Of a DNA stretch of 64,000 bases, positions 41,044 to 50,848 are shown in pieces. Source of the DNA: Nitrospirota bacterium (GTDB taxonomy: Bacteria; Nitrospirota; Nitrospiria; Nitrospirales; NS-4); NCBI GenBank assembly GCA_963788195.1, contig CAWBGA010000001.1:64001-128000 (forward strand), written 5' to 3'. The position numbers and the translations under genes are program-made. Under the pieces are notes generated by a model. That model was not told the DNA's origin. It saw only the letters and a program-made list of their open reading frames with translations, and did no database searches. Within the stretch, counting starts at the first letter, position 1; every line of letters begins with the position of its first letter.

Positions 41044-41457
41044 ATGAGCATAGGCGGGTCGGCCATACAAAGACCGCTCGCGGTCATGATGAGCCGTCGG
41101 ATTTTCTCGGTACCTCCCTCGACCCGGGTCGTCGAAGCAGCCCGCATCCTACGAGACTCGAAGATCGGGAGCCTCCTCGTATCAGGAGACTACGATCGCT
41201 ACATCGGAATTGTCAGCGAAACGGACCTTGTTCGTAAAGTCGTCGCGGCCGAGCAGGACCCGAGCCGAGTGTTGGTGTCAGAAGTCATGACGGCGCCGAT
41301 CATCACGATTGAAATCGATCGCTCTGCGCATGACGCCAGCGATCTAATGGCGGAGCGGGGTATCCGACATCTGGCCGTCACGGACGACGGCCGGATCGTA
41401 GGGATGCTCTCCGTGCGGGATTTGCTGCGGTACTTCAAAAACTGGGGAACATTGTAA
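41044..41457 (+). CDS. CBS-pair protein
   Basis: IGSLLV..GIVSETDL, IRHLAV..GMLSVRDL. Confidence 0.9.
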   Translation: MSIGGSAIQRPLAVMMSRRIFSVPPSTRVVEAARILRDSKIGSLLVSGDYDRYIGIVSETDLVRKVVAAEQDPSRVLVSEVMTAPIITIEIDRSAHDASDLMAERGIRHLAVTDDGRIVGMLSVRDLLRYFKNWGTL

Positions 41458-41467
41458 GGGGAAGAAC

Positions 41468-41508
41468 AAAAAGGCCCTCTCCTTGAAATCAAGGAGAGGG
41501 CCTTTTTT
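41468..41508. terminator. Bidirectional intrinsic terminator
   Basis: AAAAAGGCCCTCTCCTTGA-aa-TCAAGGAGAGGGCCTTTTTT between convergent genes. Confidence 0.9.
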
Positions 41509-41530
41509 AACTACCGGAAAGTGAACCGAC

Positions 41531-41878
41531 TTAGTTGCGGACGCCGCTCCAGACTTTGTTAGCATCGATCTCTTTGTCCGGATTGAGGGTTCGCGCACGT
41601 TCAAGCAAGACATCCGTCGACTCTGGATATAGCGGATCTGCGATGCAACAGTTATCGACTGGGCAGACCGCTGCGCATTGCGGTTCGTCAAAATGCCCCA
41701 CGCACTCTGTGCAGCGAACGTGCGTGATCACATAGATATTATCGCCGACGCCCTGGCCGTCGCCGACATGATAGCCTTTCGTTTCGGAATCACTCCGAGT
41801 TTCGAAAATCGCCTCATTAGGACACTCGGGGAGGCATGCCCCGCAGGAAATACATTCATCCGTAATCAATAACGCCAT
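41531..41878 (-). CDS. YfhL-type 2[4Fe-4S] ferredoxin
   Basis: CISCGACLPECP and CTECVGHFDEPQCAAVCP. Confidence 0.92.
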   Translation of the reverse strand: MALLITDECISCGACLPECPNEAIFETRSDSETKGYHVGDGQGVGDNIYVITHVRCTECVGHFDEPQCAAVCPVDNCCIADPLYPESTDVLLERARTLNPDKEIDANKVWSGVRN

Positions 41879-42061
41879 CGTCCTCGCCTCCTTCTTACAA
41901 ACCCACTATACTGGTCAGATATATTCGTAGAGTTAGAATGATGCAGTGCAGCTGCTATTGTAAGAAGGCCGTCAAGAGGTTGTCAATGTGTTTCTGATCG
42001 ATTGACATAGGCCGGAAGCCCTGTTGAATCAGAGTAAAAGCCCTACGCACGCGTCGTGAGA

Positions 42062-42481
42062 GAGCGTCGGTCTCGGCCAACCCGGGCCATGGGAGAAAGA
42101 GTTCGTCAGGGGCAAGGGAGTTTGTCTTGGCAAACTCCAGGGTGGGCGGGTGCAAGAGCGAACTCGGGGCGGGTGGGTGAAATAGCGGGTGTAAGGGGCA
42201 AAGGAGTTTGTCCGGGGCACCCCTTGCCTTCCCGTGCAAGGGGTCGAGTACTCCAGGGGTGGGCGGGTGCAATAAGATCAGAGAACCTATCCCGGCGGCC
42301 TCAAATAATCATCAGCCCCGGGGGCAAAGAAATCTGTCTTGGCAGATTTCAGGGCTGGGCGGGTGTAAATGGGAGAAACGAACTCGTCAGGGGACAAGGA
42401 ATCTGTCTTGGCAGATTCCAGGGCGGGCGGGTCCTACGAGAAAAAGCGCCCGTCTTGGCGGCCGCGGGCTGGGCGGTGCAA
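42062..42481 (+). repeat. Hairpin/G-tract repeat cluster (locus E), nested units
   Basis: GAGTTCG-TC[GGAGTTTG-TCTTGG-CAAACTCC unit]G-CGAACTC; GAAATCTG-TCTTGG-CAGATTTC; GAACTCG-TC[GGAATCTG-TCTTGG-CAGATTCC unit]..CGAG. Confidence 0.93.
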
Positions 42482-42565
42482 TGGTGGGTGCAATGCTATG
42501 TTTGCATTCGCCTGACAAGTATGCGATGAATCTTCCGCACACTGAATGTCATCACACTGATTTGT

Positions 42566-43043
42566 ATGGAGAAGTCGCAGGCAGGGCGCTTGGGCATATT
42601 GGCCGTCTTGGCATTGGGTCTTCTTTTCGGAGGAAACTACTTCATGGGCATCCGGCAAGGACCGGAGTCCTTGCTGGTGACATTTCCATCCGGAACCCAG
42701 ATGCATGTCGAAGTTGCGGACAACCCGCTCATGCTTCATGCTGGTCTCGCCTTTCGTGAATCGCTTCCAGCGGATTGGGGAATGCTCTTCATTTATGATC
42801 GGCCGGAGTTTCATCGCGTGACAACTAAAGAATATCGCTTTCCGGTCGACCTGATCTGGTTGGATGAAGCCAAGCGAGTGCTTCTGACGATGGAGAAGAT
42901 TCCCGCCTGTCATGCAGAGACGTGCCCGACATATGGCCCTGCTCCCGAGAAAGACCGATATGTTATTGCCGCTCGCGCCGGCTTTGTCGAACAAGAGCGT
43001 TTACGCGCTAGGAGCCGAGCTCCGGTTTACCTTACAGCTGTAG
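42566..43043 (+). CDS. DUF192-family protein (frameshift near 43005)
   Basis: VEVAD..GLAFRESL..GMLFIY, FPVDLIWLD, C...CPTY; the +1 frame gives GAELRFTLQL*. Confidence 0.8.
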
Positions 43044-43101
43044 AACCTCGCGGTTTGACTCAACGAAATGGCTTTCGTAAGATGCCAAATAAGGGGTGCG
43101 A

Positions 43102-43437
43102 ATGTCGACTAGCGCCGGCGAGGCTTGGAACGCAGAAAAACAGATACAGACCCGGCTGGCGTCAACGGTCATCATGCGCCTGTGGGAAGATCGGACTCGC
43201 GGAGAAATTTATATGCCCCTCTATGACGCCCATGCGGTCGCCCTGGTGAACGATGATTACGATCGGTCGATGGGCGACAACTGGAATGTCATCGATTCAG
43301 GAAAGCATGTTTTCGAATTCCGTGCGCTCAAACCTGGTGTGCACCGCATTGTTTTTGAGAAGCGCATGGGCTGGCGATTTACGGCAGAAGATCGCCGCGT
43401 GTACATCCTCACGGTCACCGATGAGAAATCCGCTTAG
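43102..43437 (+). CDS. Chagasin/I42 protease-inhibitor-like small protein
   Basis: L.E..T.G..Y, G..VFEFRALKPG...I.F..R..W pattern. Confidence 0.6.
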   Translation: MSTSAGEAWNAEKQIQTRLASTVIMRLWEDRTRGEIYMPLYDAHAVALVNDDYDRSMGDNWNVIDSGKHVFEFRALKPGVHRIVFEKRMGWRFTAEDRRVYILTVTDEKSA

Positions 43438-43443
43438 AGAGCC

Positions 43444-44283
43444 ATGCCTGATATTGCCTTCGTGAATGGAGCGTTTCTGCCTCTTGTGGACGCCACGGTC
43501 TCTATCGATGACCGCGGGTTTCAATTCGGAGACGGTGTCTACGAAGTAGCCCGTGTTTATCGAGGTGTTCCGTTCCGCCCCGCAGAGCATCTGGCTCGCC
43601 TGGAACGCAGCGCGCGGGCGCTGGACATCAGCTTCCCCTTTAATTCCGGTCGGTGGACGGACCTGATCATGGAGGCGTTGCAGCGAAGCGGGTATCAGGA
43701 GGCGAAGATCTATATTCAGCTGACCAGGGGGGTCGCCCCCCGCGACCATTCGTATAGCGCAAGTCTTGCGCCGACGGTGGTCATCACGGTGCGGTCACAG
43801 CTGCCCCTGGCCGACGGACTCTACCGGCATGGTGTGGATGTCATTACTGTTGCGGATCTCCGATGGGGTCGCTGTGACATCAAGTGTATTAGCCTGCTGG
43901 CCAATGTGCTTGCGAAACAACAGGCGGTGAATGAGGGGGTTTTTGAAGCTCTATTCGTCAGAGACGGATTTGTCCTCGAAGGGGCGACCAGCAACGTCAT
44001 GATGATCCAGAAGGGGCGGCTTATTACCCCGCCTGAAGGGCCGTTATTATTGTCGGGCGTGACTCGTCTTGTCGCGCTGCAATTAGCCCGTGAGAGCGGG
44101 GTTCCTATTGAGCAGCGGCCTGTAACAGAAACGGAGCTCTACAGCGCAGAGGAAGTCTTCTTGACGGGCACCATCATCGAGATATTACCGGTTGTGCGAG
44201 TGAACGCCCGACAGATAGGAACGGGATCGCCGGGACCGATTACGAGCGAATTCATCGCCCGGTTTCGGAAGCTCTACGCCTAG
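43444..44283 (+). CDS. dat: Class IV PLP aminotransferase, D-amino-acid aminotransferase-like
   Basis: DRGFQFGDGVYEV, TRGVAPRDH, RWGRCDIK, EGATSN, LSGVTR. Confidence 0.8.
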   Translation: MPDIAFVNGAFLPLVDATVSIDDRGFQFGDGVYEVARVYRGVPFRPAEHLARLERSARALDISFPFNSGRWTDLIMEALQRSGYQEAKIYIQLTRGVAPRDHSYSASLAPTVVITVRSQLPLADGLYRHGVDVITVADLRWGRCDIKCISLLANVLAKQQAVNEGVFEALFVRDGFVLEGATSNVMMIQKGRLITPPEGPLLLSGVTRLVALQLARESGVPIEQRPVTETELYSAEEVFLTGTIIEILPVVRVNARQIGTGSPGPITSEFIARFRKLYA

Positions 44284-44329
44284 TTTCCGCTTGCGTTGCC
44301 AACCGGTGCTATGGTAAATTTTACGGCTA

Positions 44330-44355
44330 AAGTTGGGTGAAAACCCACTTTTTTT
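44330..44355 (+). promoter_or_regulatory. rimP-nusA leader hairpin with U-tract (attenuator-like)
   Basis: aagtTGGGT-gaaa-ACCCActtttttt just before rimP; upstream TTGCGT-N18-TAAATT. Confidence 0.6.
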
Positions 44356-44360
44356 ATGTC

Positions 44361-44927
44361 ATGTCGTGTCTAGACCATCTTTCTCAGCCAGGCGAAGGTG
44401 CCCCCAGGGAAACGGTCCGTGAATCTAAGCAAGAGGTCATTGTCCGGCGAATCGCTGAACCCATCCTAAGCTCACTCGGGCTGATCCTCGTTGACGTCCA
44501 ACTCCGGGGTCGCGGTGGTAGCTCTCTTCTTCGGTTGGTGATTGAGCGGCAGACAGCTGAGGGGCAGGCCGACGAAAGCCCCACCGTGCAAGATTGCGAA
44601 CGGGCGCATATACTGATCGGGCATGCCCTGGACGTAGAGGATCCTATTCCGCACGCTTATGTGATGGAAGTGTCGTCTCCAGGTTTGGATCGCCCGATCC
44701 GTTCGGTGACGGATTATGAGCGGTTTCAGGGGCGTCTGGCCCGGTTCAAGCTTGCCAAGCTGGTAAGGGGACATGCGGTCGTGATCGGGCGTATCCAAAG
44801 GTTGGAGGGCCGTCAAGTATGGATCGAGACGCCCGCGATGAACCAAAAGCGACGTTCATCCCAGGCCACACAGATCGCGCTTGCCCTGGACGACATTCAG
44901 GAAGCCAGATTGGAAGTGGAGTTCTGA
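44361..44927 (+). CDS. rimP: Ribosome maturation factor RimP
   Basis: DC, LDVEDPI, EVSSPGLDRP; first gene before nusA. Confidence 0.92.
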   Translation: MSCLDHLSQPGEGAPRETVRESKQEVIVRRIAEPILSSLGLILVDVQLRGRGGSSLLRLVIERQTAEGQADESPTVQDCERAHILIGHALDVEDPIPHAYVMEVSSPGLDRPIRSVTDYERFQGRLARFKLAKLVRGHAVVIGRIQRLEGRQVWIETPAMNQKRRSSQATQIALALDDIQEARLEVEF

Positions 44928-44966
44928 GTTAGAGAGAGCGCGTCGGAATAATATCAGGAACAGATT

Positions 44967-46223
44967 ATGGGTCGGGAGCTCCTGACAGTAATAGAACAGA
45001 TCGGGCGAGAAAAGGGCATCGATACCGTTCGTATTCTCGAGGCCGTGGAGGCCGCGCTTCAGACCGCTGCGAAGAAGCGCTATGGCGCTGCGGAGAATAT
45101 TCAAATCAAGATCGATCGCAAGAGCGGCGAAATCGAGGCCATCTCGCTGAAGAAGATCGTAAACGCCGTGACCAATCCCAAATCCGAAGTCTCCCTGGAA
45201 GCTGCGCAGAAGGTGGATAGCGAGGCCGAACTCGGCGATGAGATCGGGTCCTTGATCGAGATCGAGGAGTTCGGGCGCATCGCAGCGCAGACCGCCAAAC
45301 AGGTGATCTTTCAGAAGGTGCGCGAAGCGGAGTGGGAAGCGGTCCAGCGGGAGTTCTCTACCCGCCAAGGTGATCTTGTCAACGGCATTATCCTCGGGCA
45401 GGAGCGGCGCAATTATATTGTTGACCTCGGCCGGACGGAAGCAATCTTGCCTGCGCATGAGCAGATCCCGCGTGAAGTATACCGCCGGGGTGATCGGATC
45501 AAAGCCTACCTACTGGAGGTGAAGCGCACCTTGCGGGACGTGCAGGTCATTCTGTCTCGCACCCATCCGAACTTCATCGTCAAGCTCTTCGAGGCCGAGG
45601 TCCCCGAAATTGCCGAAAAAATTCTAGAAATCAAAGCGGTCGTACGTGAACCGGGGGACCGTACGAAGATTGCGGTTGTGTCCCGTGATCGTGCGGTGGA
45701 CCCAGTGGGCGCTTGTGTCGGAATGAAAGGCTCACGAGTACAGGCGGTGGTCCGGGAGTTGCGGGGGGAAAAGATCGACATTATCGGATGGACGGCAGAT
45801 CCACGAGTATTCATCGCGGAGGCTTTGAATCCGGCTGTCATTGAAAAGGTCGGCGTTGACGAGGAGAAAAAATCGGCGCTTGTCGTCGTCGCCGACAATC
45901 AACTCTCGCTCGCCATAGGCAGAAACGGTCAGAACGTTCGGCTCGCAGCGAAATTGACCGGATGGAAAATAGATATTATCGGCGCAAGCGAATACGAAAA
46001 GGAAAAGGCGGTGCGTGACCAAGAGTCGCGGGCCGCGATTGCCCAGCAACTGCAAGATCAGCATGCAAAATTAATGGAGGCTGAGTCGGCGGCCGCTCAG
46101 AAGACCGAGGAGCAGAACGCCGAAGGAGCAACAACCGAGAAGGATGAGCAAGCGGGGGAGCCGGGCAACCAAGCGGCCGCGAATGGAGAGGAGCTCACAA
46201 GACAGCCACATGCGGGTGTTTGA
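44967..46223 (+). CDS. nusA: Transcription termination/antitermination factor NusA
   Basis: FGRIAAQTAKQVI, DPVGACVG, LAIGRNGQNVRLA. Confidence 0.97.
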   Translation: MGRELLTVIEQIGREKGIDTVRILEAVEAALQTAAKKRYGAAENIQIKIDRKSGEIEAISLKKIVNAVTNPKSEVSLEAAQKVDSEAELGDEIGSLIEIEEFGRIAAQTAKQVIFQKVREAEWEAVQREFSTRQGDLVNGIILGQERRNYIVDLGRTEAILPAHEQIPREVYRRGDRIKAYLLEVKRTLRDVQVILSRTHPNFIVKLFEAEVPEIAEKILEIKAVVREPGDRTKIAVVSRDRAVDPVGACVGMKGSRVQAVVRELRGEKIDIIGWTADPRVFIAEALNPAVIEKVGVDEEKKSALVVVADNQLSLAIGRNGQNVRLAAKLTGWKIDIIGASEYEKEKAVRDQESRAAIAQQLQDQHAKLMEAESAAAQKTEEQNAEGATTEKDEQAGEPGNQAAANGEELTRQPHAGV

Positions 46224-48734
46224 ACTAGCTAAGCAATTGGGCCTGCCGAGTAAGGAATTGATCAATGATCTAAAGACGATGGGTGTGACCGTTGCGAACC
46301 ATATGGCGGCCCTTGAAGAAAATGTCGTCACGCAGGTTCAACATAAGTTTGAATCAGGAAAGAAAGACCCTGGGAAGAGCTCCCCTGCGGTGCTCGCAAA
46401 GAAAAAGCCGGTGGCAGCACGAGCGCACCCTGCTGCGAAAGTTGCCCCTGGCGTCGACGCGCCGAAGATTGAAAAAAAACTCATTCTGGTAAAACGCCGG
46501 CATGAGCGAGCCGCTGCTTGGCCCGGATCTGCTCCCGTTGAAGCCTGAAGAAGAGATGCTGCCGAGCGACGATTTGATCGAGCGTAAAGGCATGGTGGCG
46601 GCGGCAGACCCTGTTTTGGCGCCGGAGTTGATGTCCCCTGACGAGCCGTTTGCCCCCGGGACCATTGCCCCACCGCCTGCATTCTCTCCTTCTGGAATCC
46701 TGCCGCCAGGACAGCCTCCAGCCGCCGCGCCGCCTGACCGGCCGGCGTGGGCAAAAAAGGGAGGTCCGGAACCCGTGCAGCCGGTGCCTGATCAGAGCCT
46801 TAAGGACAAGGCCAAGAAAACGCGCCGAGCGGTTCGTGACCGCGAAGATGAGCCTCTGCCGCTGCGTGATGATGCCGCCCGGTGGCGTGACCTGCGGGCG
46901 ATGCCGATGCATCGGCGGGAGGAGAAATCCCGGCACACCACGCCAGGGACGACGATCGAAGTCACCAAGCCGCGGCATAAGGCCGTCAAGCTGGCAGAAG
47001 GCCTGACCGTGAAGGATTTCGCTGAAGCTGTCGGTCAGAAGCCGGCTGACGTGGTCAAAAAGCTCATGGAAATGGGCATACTGCTTACGTTCAATCAACC
47101 GATAGGCTCCGAGGCTGCCATTTTGCTGGCCGAATCGTTTGGCGTTAGGGTAGAGATGGTCACCGAGCGGATGGCGGAAGAGCTCCTCGAAGAGGCACCC
47201 GCGGCAATCGAGGAGCGTCATGTGGGACGCCCTCCCGTGGTCACGATTATGGGACACGTTGATCACGGTAAGACCTCGCTGCTCGATGCCATCAGAGAGA
47301 CCAAGGTGACCGAAGGCGAAGCGGGCGGGATCACGCAACACATCGGGGCGTACGTCGTGCAAGCGCGGGGCCATTTCATTACGTTTCTCGACACCCCAGG
47401 CCATGAAGCCTTTACCGCAATGCGAGCCAGGGGCGCTAAAGTCACGGATATTGTCGTCCTGGTCGTGGCAGCGGATGATGGGGTTATGCCCCAGACCATC
47501 GAGGCGCTCGATCACGCCAGGGCAGCGGAGGTTCCGGTCATCGTCGCCATCAACAAGATCGACAAGCCGGATGCTAATCCGGATCGAATCAAAAATCAGC
47601 TCTCTGAGCGAGGCTTGGTGTCCGAGGCCTGGGGCGGCGAAACGATCTTTGTCGAAGTATCGGCGAAAAAGAAAACAGGTCTGGACACGCTTCTCGAAAT
47701 GATTCTGCTTCAGGCCGAAGTGCTGGAATTAAAAGCCGCTCCCGACCGATGGGCCCGGGGCATCGTGATCGAGGCCAAGATTGACCGGGGCCGAGGTCCC
47801 GTTGCCACGGTGTTGGTGCAGAACGGGACATTGCGTTTGGGAGACCCGTTCGTGGTGGGGACCTACAGCGGGCGTGTTCGCGCGCTTTTCAATCATGCCG
47901 GGCGTCCGGTCAAAGAGGCCGGTCCCTCGATTCCGGTCGAGGTCGTCGGCCTGTTGGGTTGTCCGATGGCTGGTCAGGAGTTTGTGGTCACGAAAGATGA
48001 GCGGATTGCGCGCGAGATCGCGGAGTCACGGCTCGCCAAGCAGCGCACGGCTGACATGGCGCCGGTGCGCAAAGTCACTCTGGACGATCTATTTGCCCAG
48101 GTGAAGGAAGGGACGGTTAAAGAGCTGGGGATTATCATCCGGGCGGATGTGCAGGGCTCCGCAGAAGCCCTTGGAGACGCCGTCGAGCGTCTGAGCGCCG
48201 AAGCCGTCAAACCGAACATCCTCTTGAAGGGTGTCGGCGGCATTACTGAAAACGATGTCCAGCTGGCCTCGGCCTCAAATGCCATCATCATTGGATTCAA
48301 TGTGCGCGCCGAAGCAAAGGCCGCCGCCCTGGCCGAGCGCGAAGGCATCGACATCCGAAACTACAGCATTATCTATGAGGCGTTGAACGACATCAAGGCG
48401 GCGATGGAAGGCCTGCTGGATCCGACTTTTAAAGAGCGTGTCATCGGTCGCGCCGAGGTGCGGAAGGTCTTTGTGATTCCCAAAGCAGGGGCCGTCGCAG
48501 GTTGCTATGTCACCGACGGCGTCATTACTCGGCGCGAGCGCAGGGATCCGGGTCGTACGCGACGGGGTCATGGTGTACGAAGGAAAGATCAGCTCGCTTC
48601 GCCGATTCAAGGATGATGTGAAGGAGGTGCAGGCCGGGTACGAGTGCGGCATCAGCGTCGAGAACTTCAATGACCTGAAGCCCGGCGACCGCTTCGAAGT
48701 GTATACTATGGATAAGGTCCTCGGGAAACTTTGA
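46210..48734 (+). CDS. infB: Translation initiation factor IF-2 (frameshifts near 46500 and 48533)
   Basis: [45 protein letters not shown]. Confidence 0.96.
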
Positions 48735-48743
48735 TCCGCTTCT

Positions 48744-49025
48744 ATGGTCGTCGGCGTCTGTACTGTTGAGCTTCACCTCCCCGGGGTTGATTCGCTCAAG
48801 GGCAAACGCCAAATCCTTCTCAGCCTGAAGGACCGGATTCAGGGAAAGTTCAATGTCTCGATCGCAGAAGTCGATGGTCAGGATTTGTGGCAGCGAGCGG
48901 TCTTGGGAGTCGCCTGCGTGGCCAATGAGCAGCGTCACACCAATCAGGTACTCGATTCGGTTTTAAATCTCGTGCGGGCAAACCCCTGCGTAGAGCTTGT
49001 TCGTCAGCACATGGAGTTTTTGTAG
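48744..49025 (+). CDS. DUF503 (YlxP-like) protein
   Basis: SLKGKR, KFNVSIAEV..QDLWQ; typical position between infB and rbfA. Confidence 0.88.
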   Translation: MVVGVCTVELHLPGVDSLKGKRQILLSLKDRIQGKFNVSIAEVDGQDLWQRAVLGVACVANEQRHTNQVLDSVLNLVRANPCVELVRQHMEFL

Positions 49026-49027
49026 CG

Positions 49028-49495
49028 ATGTTGGGGTATAAGCGCACAGACCGCGTCGGCGATCAGATTCGGCTGGAGGTCGCCGATATCTTGACCCGTC
49101 GAATGAAGGATCCCCGCGTAGGATTCGTCACGATCACATCGGTGGATCTATCGGCTGACCTGCGACAGGCGTGGGTGTATGTGACTGTGCTTCAGGAGGG
49201 CGAACAGGGGAATGAAGCCATGGCGACGCTTGTGCGAGCGACCGGCTTTATCAGAGGCGAATTGGGACGGCGACTGAAGCTACGCTATGTTCCTGAGTTG
49301 ACGTTTATGCGCGATAGCTCGGTTGATCAGGTCCGGCGTGTGATGAGTCTCATCGATACCCTCCACCCGGATCCTCCTGATAAGAATACGGCTTCTGAGG
49401 CCGGGAGGGAGAATCATTACATCACCCCCGGTGATGCCGCTGACGCCGGCGACTGCGATCACCGGCAGAACGGTCCCACGGGGCAAGGACAGTAG
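49028..49495 (+). CDS. rbfA: Ribosome-binding factor A
   Basis: KDPR, V.LSADL..A.VYV, LRYVPEL.F..D. Confidence 0.94.
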   Translation: MLGYKRTDRVGDQIRLEVADILTRRMKDPRVGFVTITSVDLSADLRQAWVYVTVLQEGEQGNEAMATLVRATGFIRGELGRRLKLRYVPELTFMRDSSVDQVRRVMSLIDTLHPDPPDKNTASEAGRENHYITPGDAADAGDCDHRQNGPTGQGQ

Positions 49496-49496
49496 G

Positions 49497-50471
49497 ATGG
49501 CGCTCGGAGTCTCAGATCAGGGAGTGGAGACCGTCCTGGATGGAGTGTTGATCATTGATAAGCCGGCCGGCTGGACCTCTCACGACGTCGTCGCGAAGGT
49601 GCGACGTCTACTCGGAATCCGAAAGGTGGGTCATACGGGGACGCTTGACCCTTTGGCCACCGGCGTGCTGGTTCTCTGTTTAGGGAAGGCCACCCGGATC
49701 GCGGAGTATCTTTTCTTGGCGGACAAAGCGTATCGCGCTGTTCTTCGCCTGGGTTCTTCGACGGATACGCAAGACGCCACAGGATCCGTGGTCACGAGCC
49801 ATGCCGGACCCTACCCTGACGACGAGACTATCCGTTCAGTGATGGAGGCCTGTGTCGGCATCAATCATCAAGTGCCGCCGATGTATTCCGCAGTGAAGGT
49901 GAAGGGGGTCCCGCTCTACAAGGCAGCCCGCGAAGGCCGGACGGTTCCCCGAGGGAGCCGGGAGTGCGTGGTGCACGATCTAAAAATCGTCTCGTTTCTG
50001 CGAACGTCCACTGTTGATGTGGTGTTCGATGTCGTGTGCAGCAAAGGGACCTATGTGCGCACGTTATGTGCTGATTTCGGCGAAACCTTAGGAGTCGGCG
50101 GTCATCTTGCCTCGCTGGAGCGTCGCCGAGTGGGTCGCTTTGAGCTTGAACAAGCCTTGACCCTTGAGGAACTGGCTCAGAGCGTCGAACGGAAGGACCT
50201 GGCGCGTCATGTCCACACATTGACTGAAGCGCTGGCCGAGTTGCCGGCCTTCCTCTTGGATCCTATTTCTTCCGAATCGGCGCGCCACGGCACTGGATTT
50301 TCTGCCGCGCGGATTCTCCGTACTGAAGGCCAATGGCGCCGCGATGCGCCGATTCGCTTGCATAGTGCGGACGGCCGCCTGATGGCCATTGGAAAAGCCT
50401 CCTCAGGATCAGGAGATTGCCCCAACGGGGATCCTGCTGCCGTGGTCAAGATCGAAAAGGTGCTCGTGTGA
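49497..50471 (+). CDS. truB: tRNA pseudouridine55 synthase
   Basis: DKPAGWTSHDVV, GHTGTLDP, PPMYSAVK, CSKGTYVR. Confidence 0.96.
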   Translation: MALGVSDQGVETVLDGVLIIDKPAGWTSHDVVAKVRRLLGIRKVGHTGTLDPLATGVLVLCLGKATRIAEYLFLADKAYRAVLRLGSSTDTQDATGSVVTSHAGPYPDDETIRSVMEACVGINHQVPPMYSAVKVKGVPLYKAAREGRTVPRGSRECVVHDLKIVSFLRTSTVDVVFDVVCSKGTYVRTLCADFGETLGVGGHLASLERRRVGRFELEQALTLEELAQSVERKDLARHVHTLTEALAELPAFLLDPISSESARHGTGFSAARILRTEGQWRRDAPIRLHSADGRLMAIGKASSGSGDCPNGDPAAVVKIEKVLV

Positions 50472-50493
50472 TTACCGATAGAGGAGAGAGCCC

Positions 50494-50763
50494 ATGGCAT
50501 TGACGAAAGAGGCGAAGACGAATGTCGTACAGGAGTACCGAACCCACGAAGGGGATACGGGATCACCTGAAGTGCAGATTGCCGTTTTAACGCACCGCAT
50601 CACGTATCTCACGGAGCATTTTCAAGGTCACAAAAAGGACCATCACTCTCGCAGAGGATTGTTGACCATGGTCAGTCGCCGTCGGCGTCTCCTTGACTAT
50701 TTGCGGCGGCACGACGAGGAGCGGTACAAGTCCTTGATCGTCCAACTCGGTATCCGCCGGTAG
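50494..50763 (+). CDS. rpsO: 30S ribosomal protein S15
   Basis: [21 protein letters not shown]. Confidence 0.97.
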   Translation: MALTKEAKTNVVQEYRTHEGDTGSPEVQIAVLTHRITYLTEHFQGHKKDHHSRRGLLTMVSRRRRLLDYLRRHDEERYKSLIVQLGIRR

Positions 50764-50848
50764 CGGCAGGCAATTCATTGAACATCGCAGATCGACACTG
50801 GTGTGGTTTCCTTTTATGTGGGTGGTAACGAAGGAGAAGTAGGCAGTC

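Noticed and set aside
41981..42007. TGTCAAT-N13-ATTGACA as a transcription-factor operator
   Set aside because: More simply explained as the -35 of the ferredoxin promoter (minus strand, TACAAT 18 nt downstream) back-to-back with another TTGACA; no independent support.
41955..42759. ORFs spanning repeat loci (41955-42272, 42056-42529, 42208-42759; also 21111-21476, 34028-34436)
   Set aside because: Low-complexity translations of the GC-rich repeats (e.g. HPPTL, GWAG) with no SD or domain evidence.
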